Origin: Acidimicrobiia bacterium
GTDB taxonomy: Bacteria; Actinomycetota; Acidimicrobiia; Spongiisociales; Spongiisociaceae
NCBI GenBank assembly: GCA_041576165.1
Contig: JBFGLM010000078.1
Coordinates: 1-17,345, forward strand
Direction of reading: 5' to 3'
Length of the DNA stretch: 17,345 bases
In this document: positions 8,063 to 15,498 of the stretch, piece by piece
Layout of the letters: each line of letters begins with the position of its first letter
Numbering within the stretch: the first letter of the stretch is position 1
Notes under the pieces: model-generated
What the model saw: the letters and a program-made list of their open reading frames with translations, nothing else
The model's database searches: none
Told to the model about the DNA's origin: nothing
Position numbers and translations under genes: made by a program

Positions 8063-9116
8063 ATGGCAATGACCATCGTAGGAACCAACCCGGAGGCAGT
8101 GATCGGCGGTGTCGATACCCATGCCGATGTCCATGTGGCTGCTGTGATCAACCATGTTGGAGGTGTGGTTGGTATTGAATCGTTCGCAACGACCCAGGCG
8201 GGGTATCGCCGGTTGGTGTCATGGCTCGGCTCTCATGGCGAGCTGGCGCTGGTCGGCGTTGAGGGCACCGGCTCCTACGGGGTTGGACTGGCCCGCTACC
8301 TAACCCGAGCCGGTATCTCAGTCGTTGAAGTCGATCGACCGAACCGCCAGACACGCCATCGTAAGGGCAAGGTCGGACCCGGTCGATGCAGTAGCCGCGG
8401 CCCGAGCGGCGCTATCGGGAACCGCGTCGGGGTTGCCGAAGACCCGCGACGGCAACGTTGAAGCGATCCGGGTGTTGATGATTACCCGCCGGTCTGCCAT
8501 CGATACCCGTATCGAGACACTCAACCAGCTCCGCCACGTGATCTTCACCGCTTCACCACAGATCCGAGCCAAGTTCACTGGACTCACCGCTATTGCAGTG
8601 GCGAACAAAGCCGCCGCCCTCAAACCCCGCGACGGTGACGACCAGGTCCGCTACATCACCCTGGCCACAATCCGCCCTCTGGGGAAACGAGTGCAGTACC
8701 TGCGCCAAGAGACCAAAGGCATCGACCGCCAGCTGTGTCCCTTACTCCGGCACACCGCACCCGGCCTCCTCGAGGTCTACGGCGTCGGACACACCACTGC
8801 GGCCAAGCTATTGGTCGCAGTTGGCGACAACCCGCAACGGATCCGATCCGAAGCCGCCTTCGCTCACCTGTGCGGGGTCGCCCCTATCCCGGCATCATCG
8901 GGGAAGACCGTCCGGCATCGACTGAACCGGGGCGGTAACCGGCAAGCCAACTCGGCGCTGTTCCACATCGTGCTCACCCGCATGAAACACCACCAAGAAA
9001 CCCGCGACTACGTCGCCAGGCGACTCGCCGAGGGCAAAACCATGGGCGAGATCGCCCGCATCCTGAAACGCTACGTCGCCCGTGAGGTCTTCAAACACCT
9101 CCCCCGACCCACCTGA
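8063..9116 (+). pseudogene. IS110 transposase/recombinase with a single extra G at 8371-8372 (350 aa if repaired)
   Basis: GGVDTH and GVEGTGSYG in frame 8063; GGC AAG G TCG GAC CCG GTC GAT breaks the conserved GKSDPVDA. Continues in ORF 8325..9116 with GVAPIPASSG, HRLNRGGNRQAN, LKRYVAREV. GAGGAGG RBS. Confidence 0.92.
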
Positions 9117-9124
9117 GCTCCCCC

Positions 9125-9300
9125 GGTCGGGGTTCTGGCCCGATAGAACCGGCTCACACCTGCGGGTTGTGCAACGAATGACCTGCCGGCCCCGACCACC
9201 CTGACACAGCCGGACCGGCCCCAGTGTGACCTCCAACGAGCGTGCCCCCCACCAACGCGTGGGTGGCTCTTCCCTGTCGTGTCCACTGAAGCCACTCCGG
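9125..9300 (+). ncRNA. Putative bridge-RNA-like module 2 (right non-coding end)
   Basis: Stem GGTCGGGG(9125-32)/CCCCGACC(9190-97) with an internal loop homologous to module 1. Second domain CCGGA/TCCGG and CAGTG(9222-26)/CACTG(9284-88) has loop segments ACGAGC and CTTC matching the element end ACGAGCTTC (9374-82). Confidence 0.65.
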
Positions 9301-9362
9301 ACAACCACCCGGCACCCGCCGGCCAACTCAACGCGCCCAAACCGCGCCCAGCAAGAAACCCC

Positions 9363-9368
9363 TTGACA
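9363..9368 (+). promoter_or_regulatory. Outward-facing -35 hexamer (TTGACA) at the IS110 right end
   Basis: Perfect TTGACA 14 nt before the inferred element end; typical half of an IS110 circle-junction promoter. Confidence 0.7.
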
Positions 9369-9386
9369 AACATACGAGCTTCAATC

Positions 9387-9407
9387 TGCGCTAGCCGCAC
9401 TAGCGCA
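9387..9407. repeat. Perfect 8-bp inverted repeat immediately outside the IS110 right end
   Basis: TGCGCTAG-ccgca-CTAGCGCA. Confidence 0.7.
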
Positions 9408-9513
9408 ATGCTCCCCGGATCGTTGCGGGCGCGCCTCTGTGCCGGCACTGCTGCCGGATACTCGGTTGGTTTGGGAGAGGGTGGTGGTTGGCTTGGCCGC
9501 CGACCTGCGGGCT

Positions 9514-10656
9514 CTACCCGTCGGGTGGGGCTCGGGTGGCGCCGGGGGCGAGGAAGCGTCTTCGGCCGGGTGGCGAATGGGGGTCGATCCGGAATCCGTA
9601 TTGGTGGACGACGACATGGTGGTGGAACCAACACATGAGCACGAGGCCGTCTGGGTCGTGGTCGCCGCCGTTGGCTTGGTGGACGATGTGGTGCGGTTCT
9701 AGCCGGTAACGGGAAGTGCATCCGTCGGCTTGGCAACCTCCGTCTCGGAAGAACACGTAATCCCGGATGCGGTGCGGGAGACGGTCGCCATCAGTAGGGA
9801 CAGCCTTCAAGCCGTTCACGTCGACGAGGGTGGTTCGGGTGTCCCCGACGCAGAGGATCTCTTCGAGCGTGTTTGGACCGACCTTGATTCCGGAGCGTGT
9901 GGTGGCCCCCGCCTCGCCACGGGTGCGTTGACACTCTGTGGCGTCGACGAAGATGTGAGCGGGAAGCCGCCGCGGTGCCGACCCATCTGATACGACTGGC
10001 GCCACGTCATCCAACGCCAGAGAAACCAGCGCATCGACCCTGCGTTGTTCGAGGCGGGGGCGGTGCTCATCGCCGGGATCGACGATCTCGTCGACACGCC
10101 TATCGAGAGCAGTCAGGACTGCCTCCATGTCGGCTCCGGTCATCACGAACGATCCAGTAGCCAGCGTGCTCCCGAGGTTGGGTTGGAACCACAACCGGCG
10201 CGCCTTGAATGCCGTCGTCTCGTCGACAGGCGTCGTGCGGCGGTGCCGGGCCATCAACTGACCCAGCTGCCCTAGCGACAACCCAGCGGCGCGCTCCAGC
10301 ACGACGTCCGAAGCACCCGCGTTCTCTAGCCGTGCCATACCCGCAGCTCGGTCCGTCGACGCCACGCCGGCACGGAGGGAATCGTGAACCTCCACCGAAC
10401 CCGACTTGGCCAGAACAGCCAGATCGGAGGCGTTGCGCGGTTGGATGTCGAGGCGGCCCGCGATCCACTCCTGCAAGGAACGGCAGCCGTCCCAGGCGGG
10501 AACTTGTAGATGATCAATTGCGGCAAGGATCTCGACCTGGCGGGCCCGGGTACGAGAGACGAGACCTTCGAGACGCTGCAACTCGGTTTCCATCTGGTCG
10601 ACCGTTTGGAACGACTCAGTGACCCGATCCACATCGATTGTCGTAGTGGACAACAT
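9514..10656 (-). CDS. DUF222-like / HNH endonuclease domain protein (13E12/REP13E12-like)
   Basis: N-terminal W..DGCRSLQEWIA, QRRVDALV; C-terminal RDGGCQADGC...EPHHIVHQANGGDHDPDGLVLMCWFHHHVVVH; ends with the typical RAPP. Confidence 0.9.
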   Translation of the reverse strand: MLSTTTIDVDRVTESFQTVDQMETELQRLEGLVSRTRARQVEILAAIDHLQVPAWDGCRSLQEWIAGRLDIQPRNASDLAVLAKSGSVEVHDSLRAGVASTDRAAGMARLENAGASDVVLERAAGLSLGQLGQLMARHRRTTPVDETTAFKARRLWFQPNLGSTLATGSFVMTGADMEAVLTALDRRVDEIVDPGDEHRPRLEQRRVDALVSLALDDVAPVVSDGSAPRRLPAHIFVDATECQRTRGEAGATTRSGIKVGPNTLEEILCVGDTRTTLVDVNGLKAVPTDGDRLPHRIRDYVFFRDGGCQADGCTSRYRLEPHHIVHQANGGDHDPDGLVLMCWFHHHVVVHQYGFRIDPHSPPGRRRFLAPGATRAPPDG

Positions 10657-10662
10657 GAAAAC

Positions 10663-10685
10663 ATAGTAACGGACAAATGTGACAA
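10663..10685 (-). promoter_or_regulatory. PafBC / RecA-NDp-type DNA-damage promoter for a probably leaderless HNH transcript
   Basis: Minus strand: tTGTCAC-atttgtccgt(10 nt)-TACTAT-gttttc-ATG(10656), versus consensus TGTCRG-N10-TA-N3-T. No SD sequence. Confidence 0.7.
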
Positions 10686-10809
10686 GAAAGATTGGTTAGA
10701 TACACTTGAGCAAAGAAATGTTGCGGGATTTCGGTGCGAACGAAAGGCCACACCCGCGCCTCAGCTTCCCCCTCCGACCCGCTGCTCCGCAGCGGCCCAG
10801 CCTCCGGCA

Positions 10810-10999
10810 GTTTGCAGAGCAAACTGCTTCGAGTTTGTTCCACAAACTCGCCCCAACGCTCACTCCATTCGCTGGAGGAGGGATACCGTCGCAAGCACGC
10901 CACAGTCCCCCGCCCCTGCTGGCACCCCCTCGCCAACCGCCTGCGGCGGTCTGTTACCGACGTTTGTGGGGCAAACTCGTACGGGATTGCCCCAGCAAC
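10810..10999. repeat. Two copies of a 38-bp imperfect palindrome (REP-like) at 10810-10847 and 10962-10999
   Basis: GTTTGCAGAGCAAACTGCTTCGAGTTTGTTCCACAAAC vs GTTTGTGGGGCAAACTCGTACGGGATTGCCCCAGCAAC; 26/38 identical by hand count, and each can fold as a hairpin. Confidence 0.7.
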
Positions 11000-11146
11000 C
11001 ACGCCCCCAACCGGGGGTACCAACAGACGCCGCCACTAGACACGCAACCGGACCCGGCACCACCATCGCCTTCGCTGCAAACCGACCCACCTCACCACAA
11101 GCCCACCTTGCGCAGCACCGAGTGACCGCCCTGAAAGCGCCTCCGA

Positions 11147-11998
11147 TCACGCCAGCGGCGCGAGTGCCTCGGCAATGCGCGGAACCGTCTCGTCGTCGAA
11201 CGGCGCAAACGCCGTCACCACGATGTGGTCGGCGCCTGCCGCCAGAAACCCGCCTGCCAGGTTGGTGAGCTCTTCACGACTGTCCGGCATCCGCATCTGC
11301 GCCGAGACCTCGATTTCGTTCGGGTCCCGACCTGCCGCAGTGCACAGGTCCTCGAGGCGCGTCCTGTACTCCGCCAGCACCTCAGGCGGTTCGCCCGGAT
11401 TGAAGTAGTTCCAATGGTCTGCCCATCTCGCCACGAGGGGAAGGGTGCGCTGAGGCCCGATCCCCCCAATCACAAAGGGCGGCCGGGGCTGCTGAACGGT
11501 CTGGTGCAGGAGCCGAGCATCGCTGAGCTCGAAGTGATCGCCCGAGAAGCTATATGACTCTTGCGTGAGCAGCCCATCGATGATCTCGAGGGCCTCGGCG
11601 AATCGCCCCCACCGGGTGGGCGCGTCGCCAAGGTCGATCCCGAACGCATCGTGCTCAGCCTGGTTCCATCCGGCGCCGAGCCCGATCTCGAGACGCCCAT
11701 TCGAGATCTCGTCAACGGATGCCGCCATGTGCGCCAGCAGCGCTGGGTGACGGACCGTGTTCGAACTGACCATGACGCCGAGCCGCAGCCGAGAGGTCAC
11801 AGCCGCCAGCGACGCCAGCAGGGTCCATGCCTCCCATGTCGGCCTGATCGGCCCCCGCGACGGGTAGAAGTGGTCGAGCAGCCAACCGGCCGCAAAGAAA
11901 CCATCCTCGTCGGCGGCACGCCACATCTGAGAGAGCTGCACCCACGAGACGTCGATCGGCGCAGTCTTGAAGGAGAACTTCGGCCGACCGTCTTTCAT
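11147..11998 (-). CDS. LLM-class flavin (probably F420)-dependent oxidoreductase
   Basis: MKDGRPKFSFKT..., GWLLDHF, WTLLASLAAVTSRLRLGVMV, RHPALLAHMAASVDEISNGRLEIGLGAGW, IGGIG. Confidence 0.92.
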   Translation of the reverse strand: MKDGRPKFSFKTAPIDVSWVQLSQMWRAADEDGFFAAGWLLDHFYPSRGPIRPTWEAWTLLASLAAVTSRLRLGVMVSSNTVRHPALLAHMAASVDEISNGRLEIGLGAGWNQAEHDAFGIDLGDAPTRWGRFAEALEIIDGLLTQESYSFSGDHFELSDARLLHQTVQQPRPPFVIGGIGPQRTLPLVARWADHWNYFNPGEPPEVLAEYRTRLEDLCTAAGRDPNEIEVSAQMRMPDSREELTNLAGGFLAAGADHIVVTAFAPFDDETVPRIAEALAPLA

Positions 11999-12014
11999 CG
12001 CGTAGCGCCGTCCT

Positions 12015-13073
12015 TCACGGCGAGACGCCGACACCCTCCAGGAGCGGCTTGAGCTCCACCGCCTTGCCGTTCTGAGCTGAAGACTCGAGGGCGGCGCGCA
12101 CGACTGCCAGCGCCCGGATGGCTTCGTCGATACCGACCTCCACCGTCGCCTTGCCACGGATGGCGAGCGCGAACTCGTCGAGCTGCTCGCGGAACATGTC
12201 GGTGGCCGGCAGCTGAACGTCCTTGCGGGTCATATCTCCGTAACCCTGCGACACCAGACTGCTCCACTCGTCGGCTTGATGGGACTCGTCCCAGTGGGTG
12301 AAGTCGAGGTCGTACATCAAGTTGGCTTTGGTTCCCTGCAGGCGCAGTTGGTAGATCCCCGGAGACGCCCAGCCGCACCCGATGTATCCCAGGGCTCCAG
12401 ATTCGAACTCGAGGATCGCCATCACCGCGTCGGGCACCTCCGACTTGGTGTACAGCTTGCGGGCGTGGGCGCTGACTTGGCCGACCGGGCCGAGCAGGTA
12501 CTGCAGGTTGTCGGCGTGGTGGACGCCGAGCTGGATGAACGTGCCCCCGGGGCTCTTGTCGGCATACCACCGCCACGTCTCAGTGGTTAGCTCGAGCCCG
12601 CGCTCGTTGGAGAAGTTGGCTTCGGCGAGAGAGACCCCGCCCAGGCTGCCGTCGTCGATCCACTGCTTCATGACTCGGCAGCCCGACAAGCGGCGAGCGC
12701 TGTGTCCGACCGCGAAGACGCCGCCGGTCCGCTCTACGGCGTTGCGGACGTCGAGCGCGTGCTCGAGCGTGTGGGCGATCGGCTTGTCCGTGTAGACCGC
12801 TTTCCCCGCCTCCAGCGCCGCCACGATGAGGTCGCGGTGGGTGTCGTTGGGGGTGGTGATGATCACCCCTTCGATATCGGCGTCGGCGAGCAACTCGTCG
12901 AGGGTCGCCGCCGCTTTTGGTACTGCGAACTCATCTTGGAAGGCCGCCCGCTTCTCTGTGGACCGGCTGAAGCACGACGCCAGTTCGATGACGTCGCCGC
13001 GCTGGGCGCCGCGCGCCAGGACTCGAGCCCATCGTCCCAGCCCTATAGGGGCCAAGCGCACCTTGTCAGTCAT
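12015..13073 (-). CDS. Gfo/Idh/MocA family NAD(P)-dependent oxidoreductase
   Basis: IGLGRWA, ITTPNDTH, ALEAGKAVYTDKP, PGGTFIQLGVHHAD. Confidence 0.92.
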   Translation of the reverse strand: MTDKVRLAPIGLGRWARVLARGAQRGDVIELASCFSRSTEKRAAFQDEFAVPKAAATLDELLADADIEGVIITTPNDTHRDLIVAALEAGKAVYTDKPIAHTLEHALDVRNAVERTGGVFAVGHSARRLSGCRVMKQWIDDGSLGGVSLAEANFSNERGLELTTETWRWYADKSPGGTFIQLGVHHADNLQYLLGPVGQVSAHARKLYTKSEVPDAVMAILEFESGALGYIGCGWASPGIYQLRLQGTKANLMYDLDFTHWDESHQADEWSSLVSQGYGDMTRKDVQLPATDMFREQLDEFALAIRGKATVEVGIDEAIRALAVVRAALESSAQNGKAVELKPLLEGVGVSP

Positions 13074-13446
13074 CGGTCATCTCCTCCATCACGTCGATCT
13101 CGGTTTCTTCGATGTTCTCGGGGAGCAGGGGGTGGGGAAAGAAGCAGATCAGCTCCATCTCTTCCGCTTTGTCCGGCACGGTGGCGTGGGCCGCGCCGCG
13201 GGGGATGTGAATAGTGTCGCCCGGCCCGATACGGTGGAAAGTCCCCTCGATGTAGACGGCACCGGTGCCGCCCCGAACGTAGATCACTTCCTCGCTGTGG
13301 GGATGCCGATGCGCCTTGCGCACCGCAGTCCGCTGCGGCCGGGCGATCCGCAGGCTCGACTCCGCCCCTACCGATCGCAACGGATCTCCGGATGTCCGCC
13401 CGGGGAGATCGACGAACTCGACTGCGGTGGCAGGTGTCACCGTCAT
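13066..13446 (-). CDS. Cupin domain protein
   Basis: HRHPHSEEVIYVRGG and GDTIHIPRGAAH cupin motifs; overlaps both neighbours. Confidence 0.92.
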   Translation of the reverse strand: MTVTPATAVEFVDLPGRTSGDPLRSVGAESSLRIARPQRTAVRKAHRHPHSEEVIYVRGGTGAVYIEGTFHRIGPGDTIHIPRGAAHATVPDKAEEMELICFFPHPLLPENIEETEIDVMEEMTDD

Positions 13447-14195
13447 TGCCGCAGCTCGAAGATCGCCGTGACCTGCTTGACGATGTCGCTCGCCACGGTT
13501 GCGGTGAATTCGGCGGCCACGTCGGCCGTCGCCCAGCCTGGTTCCCCGTACCAGCCATCGGCGTCGATCTCGGTGACATCGGTGATGTAGCCGTACACCT
13601 CGCGCCCGCGCCGCATGGCGTCCATGGCTGCCGCCCGGGGAGGGCGGGCGCTGTCTCCGGCCCGATCCGTGTGCGCGAGATCGGGATCGTGCGCCATCAC
13701 AGCCAGCGTCTCGATGCCACCACCGTGGGTCAATTCGCCGCCATGGGCGGCGTAGAGCCGCTGCGCCACGTAGCAGGCGTGGGCCGACACGACATGGACG
13801 TGGGCATGGCGCTGCTGGATGTCGGTGGCCACCGCGTCCATGGCGGCAATATTGCCCTCATGCCAGTTGACGAATACGAAACGCTCGGCCCCCATGGCGA
13901 CCATCTCGTTGCACACATCGGTAAGCAACGCCTCGAAAGTCGCCCGCCGCAAGCTGACCGTGCCTGGGTGGCCAGCGTGAATCGGGGTGATGCCGTACGG
14001 TCCGAACGGCACGAGCAGGGCGTCGAGATCGGCGGCGACTGCGGCGGCCACCAGCTCGGCTGCCATCGTGTCCGTCCCGGTGGGCAGATGCGGCCCGTGC
14101 TGCTCCACGCTGCCGAAGGGGATCACCGCAACCGGCGACCGCTCCAGAAATGCAGCCACCTCCGAGCTCGTCAAGTCGTACAGGGAGTTGCTCAC
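13443..14195 (-). CDS. Creatininase / creatinine amidohydrolase family protein
   Basis: PFGSVEQHGPHLPTGTD, HAGHPGTVSL, NWHEGN, HGGGIET. GTG start with GGAGG RBS. Confidence 0.92.
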   Translation of the reverse strand: MSNSLYDLTSSEVAAFLERSPVAVIPFGSVEQHGPHLPTGTDTMAAELVAAAVAADLDALLVPFGPYGITPIHAGHPGTVSLRRATFEALLTDVCNEMVAMGAERFVFVNWHEGNIAAMDAVATDIQQRHAHVHVVSAHACYVAQRLYAAHGGELTHGGGIETLAVMAHDPDLAHTDRAGDSARPPRAAAMDAMRRGREVYGYITDVTEIDADGWYGEPGWATADVAAEFTATVASDIVKQVTAIFELRQ

Positions 14196-15151
14196 GAAGC
14201 CTCCTTGGGTAGCAGCACCGGGTGGAGCGGAGGTTGCCCGTGGAGTAGCCGCCTTCCTTCCTCGGCCGTCTTGATCCGCAGCGTCTGCTCCGATTCTTCG
14301 GTATACCAGGCGACGTGGGGCGTCATGATGACTTGATCGATGACTGCGGCGAAGCTGGCCGGATCGGCCGGCTCCGGATCGAACACATCCAGAGCAGCTA
14401 CTCCTGGCCTGCCCTTTCGGAGTCCCTCCACCAGCGCCGCCGCGTCGATCAACGTGCCGCGGGCAGTGTTGACCAGGACGCTGCCCGATCGCATGAGCGC
14501 AATCTCGTCACGCCCGATCAAGGGTGCTCCTTCCTGGGAGCCGGGGGCGTGGAGGCTCAGCACATCGGATTCGGCCAGCGTTTCCCGCAGCGATGTTGCT
14601 TCGATGCCGGGCTCGTGGATCGCAACGTGAGCGTCGTAGGCGACCGTCCGCCCGAAGCCGAGATCGCGGAAATGACGAGCCGTCAGCCGCCCGATGCGAC
14701 CGAACCCGATGACTCCAGCGGTCAGGGCAGCGGGGAGGTGCAGCGGACGGACGGCTGTGAAGTCCCATACTCGAGCTTTGACCATTCGATCGAGGGCTGG
14801 GATCCGCCGCATTCCCGCCAGCGCGAGTGCGGTCGCATGGAGGGCTACGGCTTCCGTCCCGTAGTCCGGGACGAACGCGACGGCGATGCCCTTCTGAGTG
14901 GCGGCGGCAACGTCGATGTTGTCGTAGCCGACTCCGTAGCGAACGATGCCGCGACAGCTCAGCCGATCGAGGGTAGCGGCGTCGAACCGTGGACGAGGAC
15001 CGGCGAGGATCACGTCGGCGCCGGCCGCGGCCGCAACGATGGCCTCCTGGGTCTCTCCAGGATCGCGGACGATGGCATCTTCGGCCACGCCGAGGACGTC
15101 CCGTTCGATGGCGACATCCGGCCAGCGGGCACCGATTATCGCCACGGTCAT
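14192..15151 (-). CDS. D-isomer-specific 2-hydroxyacid dehydrogenase (CtBP/SerA-like)
   Basis: MTVAIIG..., RYGVGYDNID, GVIGFGRIG, VNTARG, ALDVFDPEP, TPHVAWY. Confidence 0.92.
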   Translation of the reverse strand: MTVAIIGARWPDVAIERDVLGVAEDAIVRDPGETQEAIVAAAAGADVILAGPRPRFDAATLDRLSCRGIVRYGVGYDNIDVAAATQKGIAVAFVPDYGTEAVALHATALALAGMRRIPALDRMVKARVWDFTAVRPLHLPAALTAGVIGFGRIGRLTARHFRDLGFGRTVAYDAHVAIHEPGIEATSLRETLAESDVLSLHAPGSQEGAPLIGRDEIALMRSGSVLVNTARGTLIDAAALVEGLRKGRPGVAALDVFDPEPADPASFAAVIDQVIMTPHVAWYTEESEQTLRIKTAEEGRRLLHGQPPLHPVLLPKEAS

Positions 15152-15358
15152 ACCTAGCCAACCTCTCCCGAGCCACCATGCGATCAGGTATCGCGGCTCG
15201 TTATGCGCCCGGTCAGTGTCGGGAGCATAGATGGGGGAGTAGCGGCGATCGCAACCCGATCCTGCACCCATGGCACCCATCGGGGCGGGAGCGATCGAGG
15301 CCCGACGAAGACCAGACCGGCGCCGCCGTAGCTGCCGTACCGGAGGCGCGGTGCAGTG

Positions 15359-15471
15359 CCGCAACCGTTTGCGGCTCAATTGACATGCCCCCTGCCGAGG
15401 TCGTATTTTCCTGCCAGGAGTGAAGCTGCAATCGTTTGCAGAGCTGCCTCGGTAGGCTTGCACCGGTGCAA
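15359..15471. promoter_or_regulatory. Three LacI-type palindromic operators
   Basis: CCGCAACCGTTTGCGG (15359-74), CTGCAATCGTTTGCAG (15426-41), TTGCACCGGTGCAA (15458-71). The first two fit TGNAANCGNTTNCA fully or nearly. Confidence 0.7.
15380..15409 (+). promoter_or_regulatory. Housekeeping sigma promoter for the ABC transporter
   Basis: TTGACA(15380-85)-18 nt-TATTTT(15404-09). Confidence 0.7.
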
Positions 15472-15498
15472 CTTCGACGAAGCATGAGGAAGGTTGGC

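Larger units (their letters stand above)
7672..9382 (+). mobile_element. IS110-family insertion sequence (ends approximate)
   Basis: DEDD recombinase gene flanked by long structured non-coding ends, with no terminal IRs seen. The right end CCCCTTGACAAACATACGAGCTTC carries an outward-facing -35. The left end is inferred from a TACGTT -10 at 7675-7680. Confidence 0.75.

Noticed and set aside
8360-8380. Programmed ribosomal frameshift in the IS110 recombinase
   Set aside because: No slippery X XXY YYZ site, and frameshifting is not a feature of the IS110 family.
7876-9190. Assigning the target-loop guides to the actual flanking target site
   Set aside because: I could not find a convincing match between loop segments and the inferred flanks by eye, so no target is claimed.
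10810-10999. CRISPR array
   Set aside because: Only two diverged repeats with a 114-bp gap and no cas genes.
10510-11268. ORFs across the HNH-LLM intergenic region and the IS110 ends (e.g. 7686..7991, 9279..9638)
   Set aside because: Pro/Arg/Ala-rich, no motifs, and overlapping real genes or structured non-coding DNA; typical high-GC spurious ORFs.
13443-14195. Mycofactocin peptidase MftE / RiPP cluster
   Set aside because: No MftA precursor, MftB or radical SAM gene is present; a generic creatininase call is safer.
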